Assembly (NCBI GenBank): GCA_907165135.1 | Contig: OU015567.1 | Location: forward strand, 12,028,001 to 12,092,000 | DNA from: Oikopleura dioica | Lineage: Eukaryota; Animalia; Chordata | DNA: 64,000 nt | Reading direction: 5' to 3' | Shown: positions 11,521-21,856 of the stretch, piece by piece | Numbering within the stretch: the stretch's first letter is position 1 | Layout: every line of letters begins with the position of its first letter | Notes under the pieces: generated by a model | Told to the model about the DNA's origin: nothing | What the model saw: the letters and a program-made list of their open reading frames with translations, nothing else | Database searches by the model: none | Translations under genes and position numbers: made by a program

Positions 11521-13244
11521 TTACTTATGAAGAGCGAGATCCATAAATTTTCGAAAAACTTTGAGTACATCGTCGGAAGTCGAAGCAAAATCGTTGAAAG
11601 TAGCTCGTAAGTAGGTTCTATCCTTCCAGCACGCGGATGTGACAATAAGTCCGAATTGTGTCTTTGCTCTTCGGACAAAATCATCGTGGTCCTCGTTGTT
11701 TCCACCTTTCAATCTTTGCGTGTCTCATTAATTGATAGGCAACTCGTCTTATGCTGAAATAGAGACAAGTTCCTGAAACAGACGAGGCCGAAACTTCTTT
11801 CTTTCACTAGCTCAAAGTACTTTGGATTCTGGAGAATCAACGCTTCGAATTCTTCTGCGAGTCTTATATGATTCTTAACATGTTCCTTGATTCCTTCAAC
11901 CCCAAACCATTCCATTGCTAGCCAAACTCTTATTGCGCGAAATTTTCTGCCAAAGGCGAGAGTCCAATCTCTAAAATTGACTTGGAAGACGTTCTCATCG
12001 TTGATTTCATTCTCGTGGCTGCGCAGGTAATCGGGATTTTCGACGAAATTATTCGTCAAATCGAATCTGTTTTTGACCCACATCGGTGAGCTATCGAATC
12101 CACCGATGCCCATTTTGCTGAGATTTGTGTTGAAGCTATCTACTTTCTCAACGCCAGCTAGATAATGCCTGTTTTCTTCTAGCACAAACATTGGACCAGT
12201 ATAAGCGGAGTCTTTAAAATTGGGCTCAGGTTAGAACATTGATATGAATAAAAAAGCCTGGTTCACATTGTAACTTGAACCCTGCCGACATGAATCCAGA
12301 CAGAAGGAAACTGATTTTCCAAAACGTCAACGATCGACTTCAAGTCGTCAAACGCGCATAATCCAGTTGTTCTAATAATTGACTCTTTAATTTATTCTCC
12401 GAGCAAAGCTCTTACCCGAGAGTTACGGCAACAAAAGCGGGAAAGTATCCTTCGGCAACATCTTTTTCCATTTGCTTGATAAGCAGCTCCCCCGTCATTT
12501 CGGCTTGATCATTAGTCTCGACTCTTCGAACTTGCATCAAAGAAATTTGCGCGGCTCTAGAACAGGAGCAATGTGCTTGGTCGGAGCAATAAGCAACGAG
12601 TTTTCGAGGATCAACATCGTGTGTTGCCAAAAATCGGCCTCTAGCAGCCAAGCAAGCATTCAAAACGGCTTCTCCAGCTGTTCCCTGAAAACAGCCTCCG
12701 CCTGCTCCTTTTGAAGAAAACTTGAAATGCCCAGGAAGACCGTAGATGTCAACTAACCAATCCATGACCTTTTGCTCTAGCTCGGTCAGAGCTTTTTGAG
12801 GCAATTTAAAATGCTTCCATTAGAATTTTTGAAAAGAAAAGGGGCCCTTTTCTTTTAAAGGGCCTTTCCTGGACTAGAAGACCACGAAAAGCCGACACAA
12901 TTTAGCGTATTTTCGAGCATCGCGCCTAGCGCTAGAATCTTTGGCGATACATTTGGAAACCAAGCGCTGTTCTGCGGATGACTCCAGTGAACCATTCTTG
13001 GCGAGATTTCCTTGCGAACCTTGTCTATCAATATGTCAATGGATTTTTCTCCTGATGTGGGTAGCTTAGCATCAAGAGCATTGTAAAGGTCTCCAGGTTT
13101 TACCGGATTGGAAACAGGACAGCTTTTCAAAATGCTACAAAGGTCACAATCTGAGTAGAAATAACTCGTTTACCTGTCGTATTCGACAATAAAGTTCGCA
13201 ATTTTCTCTGCCGCGTTTTTGAAATCGTCTTCATTAAAATCCAT
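11521..13244 (-). CDS. Group II PLP-dependent aromatic amino-acid decarboxylase (DDC/TDC/HDC family), 476 aa
   Basis: Exons 13244-13174, 13134-12869, 12791-12416, 12371-12286, 12211-11773, 11713-11521 total 1431 nt in frame. Motifs VKPGDL, GFSWSSSPALTELE, GGGCFQGTAGEA, YCSDQAHCS, TLGTTGLCAFDDL, WIHVDSAY, DSFNTNLSK (PLP Lys), FGRKFRAIRVW, GLVCFRLKG. Confidence 0.93.
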
Positions 13245-14708
13245 GTTTAAACTTTACTAAATCGAAGTAAGTCCATTCTTCTTTTGCGCACGGTCAATAA
13301 AACGCAGGCTTGTGTCAATAAAACACAGCCCATTTCAAAATTTATATTTTGATGCCCTGTCCCAGCTTCGTTTCTTCATCTTCGTGACTTCAAGTTCAAA
13401 AAATGATGCAATTTTGACAAGAGGCTGCACCTGTGAGAGCGCGTCGCGTGCCTTAGTTCTTAAAAATCGACACTATCGACTCGAAGTTAATACGATATCG
13501 TAACACCTTGTCAAGATTAAGGTCCTGCAAAGCCTAAGCCAGAAAGCATTGAGAAGCAGAAATTGCTAATGCCCTGAGAAACGCGTAAATAGCCACTTAA
13601 TCTTTCATTTATTTATCATTTCTCATCCACTAAGCTCCAATTTTTCCGCCGCTGGTGGAAAATCTCAGAGCTGCTCACCTTTGACACTAGAATTTGTAAA
13701 ACAAGCGAAGAAAGAAAAATCCAATTTGTAAAAGTTGAAAATTTGGTAAATAAGGGGCGGTATTATGAGGTAACAAGGTTTGATGGCGTCAAAATTTGAT
13801 TTTGAAATGTGTGAATGCACCTTTGTTTTGCCGACATGATGGAAAACATTTCGATATTCTTTCCTGTCTGTAACATCGGATTTGAAGTCTTCGCTATCAA
13901 TCAACTCCTTAGTTACAGAGTAAAGAAGATAATGTGTTGGGCAGACCAAAAATTGAGGAAAATTTGGAGCTTTCCAATTTTAGAAATTGAAGCTTCGATT
14001 CTTCGAAAATCTAAAAATACTCGCTGTCCGCGCTAAAACTGGTCATTACGGATGAGTCCGATAAAAACATCATTAATCCTCCCCAATCTGCTTATCGGAT
14101 GCGATTTGGTTATGTTTATTTTCGCTTGTAAAATGTCAACTTGGAGCTCTTCATTTTCGCTACAATTCCGTCCATGGGAATCGAGTCTATTTAGCTTTGG
14201 GGAGGCAATCGGTGAAAGTCCGGAAAGTCGCATTCTAAAAGCAAATTTGTGAAAATATTTAGGGAAAAGCTGTTTGTCCTTGAGAAGCAAGATTGATTGA
14301 CAACGATTAATGCCAAGTTAGTTGAGGGTACACACTGTGTACTACACAGCGTAAGATTTACGGATAAGGGACCTTCCAACGATAGGATGTTATGTTAAGA
14401 GAATTGAGTTCATAACTATTGAGTTTCTGCATACCGATGAGTGTACTATTTTGATTGGGTATTAGTCTTCGGAGTCTTCAATTTAGAAAAAAATATATAC
14501 AGCTAAATAAAATAAATCTTTATGGCTTTTTAAAACCATCAATTTCAATATCGAAATCATTCAAAAACCAAAGCCTTCAAAAATGAAAACACTAAAATCC
14601 ATGAGAAGGTCAAGAGCTCTCTCGGGGGAGAGTCTCCCCTTTTTCATGCTCTTTGGCGTACTCCAAATTTATTAAAAAGGTCAATCTCGCATATCGCGTA
14701 AATTCACG

Positions 14709-14726
14709 TGACCTCAGTTGAGGTCA
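14709..14726. promoter_or_regulatory. Candidate nuclear-receptor everted repeat ER6 (TGACCT-N6-AGGTCA) overlapping a CACGTG E-box
   Basis: Sequence CACGTGACCTCAGTTGAGGTCA seen directly. Function not shown. Confidence 0.35.
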
Positions 14727-15183
14727 TCGCTGCGTAAAAATCAGCTGGCGACTATAAAGATTACAGCGCAAGTCTTTCAAGGACTTGCTTGGCCAGCTCT
14801 GGCATGACTCGTTACAAGCAAGGAACAGTGATGGATTTAGACATGTGGAGTGGTTTTATTAATTTACCACCCCTGGTCTACTTGAGAATTCGAAAATTTA
14901 TCGCCACGCGGAACATGTTCACTTGTTTGGCAAGAACTCGAGTATGAGATTTGGAGAATTGAAATGGAAACCGTGGGAAGGCGCGCGAATTGCACAGAAT
15001 TACAACTGTGAAATTCTTTCAAGGGGATAGTGGCATGGAAAATAAAGTGGCTGGATATGTGTGTTCAGAACGTTGTCATTATTGGCTAATCCTGTTTCGG
15101 GAATTTTAACCTCTGACCGAGGTAATGGTCAAATTAGGGACATGATGGGCCTAGTAGTGATGCTGAAAGCAGTTGCAAAAAGA

Positions 15184-15379
15184 GGGTTATCATTCGAGCC
15201 TATGATTCGAGCCATTCAAGATCTCTAGAATCTGAGCTAGTGGTTAGGGTTAGGGACTGGGAACTTTTAAGGGGGGTCCGGGGGGCGAAGCCCCCTGGTT
15301 TAGGCCCCTTCTGGGGGGTCCCGGGGGGCCTAGCCCCCTGGGTTAAGTTTAGGGTTAGGGGCAGCCCAAATGATAACCC
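15184..15379. mobile_element. Small GC/G-rich element with inverted termini, two GGGGG-N-CCCCC hairpins and TTAGGG doublets
   Basis: GGGTTATCATT (15184-15194) is inverted as AATGATAACCC (15369-15379). Two tandem units GGGGGGTCC(C)GGGGGGC(GA/CT)AGCCCCCTGG. GTTAGGGTTAGGG at 15243 and TTAGGGTTAGGG at 15349. Confidence 0.55.
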
Positions 15380-17356
15380 CCTACTACCAGCAGTTGGTGT
15401 CTCTCCAAAGACACCGATAAAAGCGTATCTACCGATAATATATGCTTTATTTATAAAATGTAAAAATCCATGTCTTCTTTGGGCAAAAAGCTCATGTATC
15501 TTTCAGCATGGGCAGTTCTGAATCCCTTTGAAATGGGCGGCGAGTATATAAGTAAGTAATTGCTCGAGAATCGCTTAGGAGAACTGTTTATCGTCTCGAT
15601 TGGGATTATCCGTTTTGGTAGAGCGTGAAGGCACCATCCTTTGAAGTGGCCCATGAGCTTGACTTTCGAGCAGATCATGGGAATCGCCAGATAGTGATTA
15701 TTTCTATCAATGAACCCATCGCATCAAGCAATCGTATCTTTATGTCGGCTAAGTAACAACACAGCCGAGATTTCACGCTTTCATTCACTCTCGGAAAATT
15801 GCTCTCTTTCTTGGTACTTGGCCAGAAAATCAACTCAGAAAATGAGCTTGCCTGAATCACAAAAATAGAACTGTAACTTAAATCATTACAGAAGACCGCC
15901 TCTGAAAATTCAGGATGCAAAAATCCTTCAGGAACATGGACATAGTCCAGCGGAAATTCGCTAAATCCTTCCCACAGCTAAATCTCCCCATCCGTCGCAA
16001 TCAAATCCTTCAGTTCGATGTCGAAAGTGCTTATTCGAGAAATTTGCGCATTCCTCAACGTCGCAAAACACGTTCTAAGTCAGCGATTACGTAAATGAAT
16101 CCTTCCGCACAAATGACAACTTTGGGGCACTTCCCAGCCAAAGATACCGTGACCTGCTAATAAATACGTCAGAAAGCGGGAAAATGGGGAACAACGGAGG
16201 GGGCAGCCGAACATGCGAAAATTGAGGGGATGATTGAGTGCTTCGTGAGTAGATTAAGGATAACAAGAGATGTTATAAATATTTTTAAAGAAGGAGTTTT
16301 TGTATTCAACTAAAAATAAAGCTTTGATAGGCGCCCCATCTTCCTCATCTGGAGGAAATCTCCTTCGAGTCCGATTTTCAAGAGCTGGCCGGAAAGGATT
16401 CGCCAAGTGCCTGGTTTGTTTCCGCAAAGGTGGCTAATTACTTCTTCAGATCGGCTCTCGAGTAACAGTGTGTATGTTTGGCATAAAGGGTAAGTCTAGC
16501 GTAGCGAGGCGAAAGTGACCCCGTGGGATCATCCGACGCTTTCAGGTGAATCAGCTCGCTAGAGGATTTACCTTTTCACAAAAGATGAAATGGTTACATA
16601 GATTTCACTTTACGGCCCTGCTTTGTAGAATTGGCAAAACTTCACTATCTATAGTCTATCTAGTCACCATTCTTCACTCATTATAAGACGCCTTAATCAA
16701 ACACTGGTTGAAGTGAAACTATTTCACCTTGGTTTCTAGAGCCGTCACGCTTCTGTCAATTTTTATTGATAAAAGGTAACATTATCGGAAAATTTTCTGT
16801 AGATTTAGCCGATCTGAGATTCGACTGACTCTTTCAAATCAAAATCGATAAGATGATTTCAATGAAGAAATATCATTTCTGAGATGAGAATCGCCGCCAA
16901 ACTCGCGACGGGGGAGGCCGCCTTTGATCAATTTGGGCGAGCGGCGACACGGGACTGTACTTGGACTTGTTACAGTTGGAAGTGGCCTAGTTTTCAGAGC
17001 GGAGATCTCACACTTTTATCGGAACTTGAGCGACTGTAGTTAATCGCAATAAACAAATACAAAGAGTGAGGAATACTTTTGAAACTCTAGTCGATGTCTT
17101 CTTGGAAATTCGAATTTTCAAATAGAGCATCAATTATTTCAATTTTCTCCGTACAAAGTACCATTTTCAGCATGATTTGCGGTAATCCTATTCCTCCTTC
17201 TCGACCATTTCGTGCATCACCAACCCTCAATGCTCGTCAATATTGCCCGTCGCCCCGGAAATGTGGATTCGGTTAATTATTTTTCGCCGTAGAAAATTAC
17301 GATTATTTGATTAAAAATGGCCCAGGCAAAGAGAGGAGGGGGACGGCGCGTTTTCC

Positions 17357-17374
17357 GCCGCTTCCGGAAGCGGC
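17357..17374. promoter_or_regulatory. 18-bp perfect palindrome GCCGCTTCCGGAAGCGGC with ETS-like CCGGAAG on both strands
   Basis: Seen directly in a locally GC-rich non-coding patch. Confidence 0.3.
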
Positions 17375-20300
17375 TGAGCGGCTCATTTAGGCTCAAGTTA
17401 GCTCGTGAAAGAGCTCACATTTCGCGCAACCCTCTAACAGAAAAAATTTCGGAAGTATCTACGCGCAAATTTGACGGGTGCTAGCGGCGGTCCTACTCCT
17501 GTGCAAACACTGTAATGTTTTAGTTTTTTAGATTTTGACTTCCTTCCAAGCCCACTCCAAAGCTCAAGCATTTTTACCAGAAAGGTCAAAATTAAAAAAA
17601 TGAAAGCATCAATTATCAAAATTGAAAGCAAGCAGAATTGAAGGCAACAAAATAAGGGACCAACGGTCATTATAGATTTTTGAACCTTCTGCGAAGGCTT
17701 TTTAGTGTCAATAATTAAGTCGATTAAGCTTACAAAAATATCATCGAAAAGAGATTGCGAAAATATTTACTGTTCAAAGGAGAAAATGATAGTTGGAAGG
17801 AAAAGCTGTTTTGAAATTTAAGTAAATATATTCCGATGATCATCTTTGTGATTAAAATAATTAATAAGAAAAAATCAACGAGATGCTCATGAATTACCTT
17901 TATCAGAAAAGTAAACGCACTTAACGGTACATTTCTGAACCAAAAACTGCTCAATTCTGACTTTGATTAACTTTCTACTGATCAAAGAAAACTCCGATCG
18001 ACACCTCCCGAAGCACTCATATTTATTAGCTGCTAATCACATGTCAGCCACGCTCAGAACCCCTAAATCGGAAGCGCACCTCCCCTACCGATACATTTTT
18101 GCGCACAAGAGCGCGCACTGTTCGTGGCGCTGTTTAGCGAGCGCACGCGCATTGCCGCGCTCTGCGATTTTCGTTTTGACTCGGATCGCGCTGATCGCTT
18201 CGATTATCAGTAGCTACCAGTATTGTGCAAGTGCGATTTTAAGAAAGAAAAGAAACTTTGCTTTTTTGATGATTCTTGAGAGCTATTAAGAAAATTTAAC
18301 TGAAATCAAAGAAGAGAACAAGAAGAGATCCTCTGGAGATAACAACAAAAAAGGTAAAAATACGACCATAACTGTTTATTTTTGTTTTCGTCAATTGTCA
18401 AAGGTTTTTTTATACGAAAAATTTCGCAGTACGATTCTTATTGTTGATTTTATCTAGTTAAAAGTGCGACTGAAAAATTTGATTTTGAATAATTGACAGC
18501 CAGATAACTAAGTAATCTGGCCAGATCTTTGTCCTTTTTTTGATGATCAAGCTCAAGTCTTGAGCTCCAGATCCTGTGCCCCTCTTTTTTTCACGCTTGC
18601 CTAAAGAGACAATTACGGAGCTTATGGGGTCCACGGATCAATTTTATGAGTGACATTACGGTTGATTTTCGATAACGCTGGTTCGCTGAACTAGGCCACT
18701 TTTTACAACATGTTTATTATGATAGTTTTCTTTCCTCCGCGGCTGTGAGTTTTGGCTCCTGATGCGATTTCGCTGATCATTTTTATGGGCCCTTGCCTGT
18801 CCAAAATTTTCTCGGACGCGCGTGGCCGAACAACTCGTCAACTGTGACAAATACTTGTGGTAATTGTTGTTTTACATTCGATAACCACGCGGATATTGTA
18901 TATTCGTTATCTATTTGGACAACTCCTCAACCGTGCTACCCCTAAGAAAATATTGAACTGGCCTTTTCGCTTATTTAGTCTCCTAATTTGCCTCTAATTC
19001 CAGTCAACGGAACTGTTTCTGAGATTTTTCTAGCGCCCTTTCGACGAAACAAAACACCCCCTACTTTTGGGTCAATTAGCGACCGTGGTCAGAAATATAA
19101 ACGGAAGCCCTTAAACGAGTGTAAATTCCACTCTTCGAGGCTTTTCCGGCCTTTGTCTCTCGCCCACAGTCATCATTTGGGATTTACGCGTGTCTCAAAA
19201 CGATTCCCAGAAATTCTAAATTTCAGTAATCACAAAAAATATGGGTTGTTATTTTAACCCCCCTGCTTGAGCCAAAAACGCTCCCCTAAAAAAAGCAATG
19301 CAGATGCTTGTATGTTCTTGAAATACAGTATTCAGCAGATACAGTGCTTTGGCAGTGACCTTGATGAATTTTCTAGAGTCCATCGTGGTCAAATGCATTT
19401 TTTATCGCTGCCATTTTTTATTTTGCCTGGCGCGGATTCTTGCATTAGGCTCTTGTCAAACAGGTGTTGCCTCCGATAATAATCATGTTCGCCCATGTTC
19501 CCAATATGTACCTATAAATATAAAAGCTGCACGGCTGGGGGAAGTGTGGACAAGCCAGTAACTCATCAATACTCCAATACAAATCACACGCCTCAGGCTA
19601 GTGGCTAAAAATAATTTCCAAGATTGACAGCAATAAATTTAACCCACCACAATTCGCGGTCACTGCCAAAATTAGCACTGAATAGGTCAACCATAGTATC
19701 ACTTGAGATTTTAATTAGATTTTCGCGCTACTTCCTATTTTTAGGGTTTCGAAAAAAAAATTCGATAAATGGACAAACATGATGTCCCTCAGAGGTGCAA
19801 ATTTAGCTCGCTGCGGGTGTTTTTGTTGATTCTGTCCCAAATAATCGCCGCGCACAGTTGCCAATTATGTTCTTGGAAGGGTTGATTCGGGTTAAACCAA
19901 TATTGGCCTAGCCCAAAGTTCCACAACTGCCAACACATCCGAAAAATGCGCACTTCCGCCAAGCTTAGCGCCCATAAACTTCCCCATAAAGCCAAGCGAA
20001 AAGTTGGCGCGAATCAAAACTAACCACATAGCATTCGAGCTGCCACCGGTTGGTCAAGCGCGAAATATGCGGTTGATCCCCTTAGAAATTAGGGTCCCAG
20101 CAAGTGGGCGATAAAATAGTTATGTCGAATTCCACGGTTGTCAGTGGAGACATTCAATCGACGATTATTTTTCTTCAAAAAATTGGAGATCGTTGACAAT
20201 GACCATTTCCGGGAAAGGCGACAGCGGAGGGTTAACAATGCCTTATCCAGGAAAACTTTTTTCCGCTGGTGAAAAGTAGTAGATGCTCGGAAATAGAGGA

Positions 20301-21856
20301 GTATTTATGATAATGATCACAGCAGGGCGCCTGATAAAAGTTGAAATGGAGATCGATTTGATCCGCTAGATGAACCCGCTTCTTCAGAATACAAAAATAG
20401 AAAAGAAAAATGTTCTTTACTACTCCTTACTATCGACCCTTACCTTACTTAAAGCTCTCACGGTATCGGCACACGCCAGGCTTTTTGTCTGATAATGCCA
20501 GCTTTTTATCAAAGCCGACACGACCCCAGCCCATATGTTTTTAAAATAACTTTCAGCAACCATTCAACCCCTCAATTTTACAAATTTCTTGGCAAAGGGG
20601 ATGTTCCCATCAACAAAAATAATTGTATTAATTGGCGGATGGCGACAATTTACTCCTGCGCATCATTAATTGTCAGTTTTTTGCTTTTGAAGGGCCGCAA
20701 TTTCCCGCGCTTTGATCCGATTCGAAATGCCCGCTCTCACCGATTTTCGAAAATTGTTACGCGCCAAGTTTAAAAATAGCTATTCTTTAACTTTTATTTT
20801 CTCAAAGTCAATAATTACTCATTTTGAAAATGTTGATTTGGAATTCTAGCTTCGTATCTGATTAATGTTTTACATGCAATTTCTTGGTACTTTGGGTAAA
20901 ATGTGCAGACCCCATCTGTGCTGCCCATCTGCCATCGTTAGCGCCGCTAAACCTCCAAATACCCACGAATCGTGAAATTTTTAGTTCTCATGGAATTCAA
21001 GCTCCAATTGTGAGAAAAAAGAGACATAACATTTTTGGACAGAGATTGATTTTTTATTTACGTTTGGAGCGGATGAGATCAAAGTGCGACTGAGCCAGCT
21101 ACTCATACAGAAAAATCTAGAGCAAGTACACTTTTTTTTAGGTGGGAAAATTTTTGATTTCAGCGCCAGATTCGGCTGGCTGCCAAGGGCGCGCACCGGA
21201 ACTGGAAGATCACGAGGTCACGTGGCGGGTTAATTCGAAATCTTGGAGAGCATTTACCAGTATTCAGAAATAGAATGAGTATTGGCTCGGCTTATTGAGC
21301 TGCTTGAGGGGCACAAACGGTGTCAATAACTGTGCCCTGTGGGAGCTGTTGACGCCTAACGCGGTCAAAATCTCATTTATTGTCATTTTTTCGCTTTTGT
21401 TTCGTCGATTGGTGCCCAAATAGCGTCGCGCTGAAGGGGTCCTCATACCTTTTTTCGCGCTATACAAAAATTGTTAACAAAAAATAAGGCTCTTGAGGGG
21501 TTCAGGCCTCGTGACCACGAGACGTTTAGGCGCAGGGGTGCGATACTTTTTTTGTTTTATATTTGCCTATGTAAATATGCCCAAACTTCCGGGAAGGAGG
21601 TAAGTACCGTTTTAAAGACTCAAAACTTTGACCCGTGTCGTTTCTAAAATCGGTCTTTTGGAGGAACAACAAATCATAATTGATCACACCAGTCCCGGCA
21701 CACGAGTTAATGCCGGTTTTGCACGCAGGCAGTCGTAAAAACGCATGACGGATAGGGGGGTTAATTCGTCAAATGCGCGTCTTACTTTCCGCCCCTGTCA
21801 CCTGATGAGTGTTCTTTTTCATGCCGGTTTTAAATTGCTCCTTTCAGGAAACGAAA

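Noticed and set aside
15243-15360. True telomere or telomere fusion site
   Set aside because: Only two-unit TTAGGG doublets, both in the same orientation, inside a small IR-bounded cassette.
16367-16377. 11-nt match (GAGTCCGATTT) to the Oikopleura spliced-leader as I recall it
   Set aside because: Too short, and no flanking SL or donor sequence.
13300-21800. Short ORFs of 60-110 aa in the track
   Set aside because: No recognisable domains or consistent splice chains; most are likely spurious, though some exons may be real.
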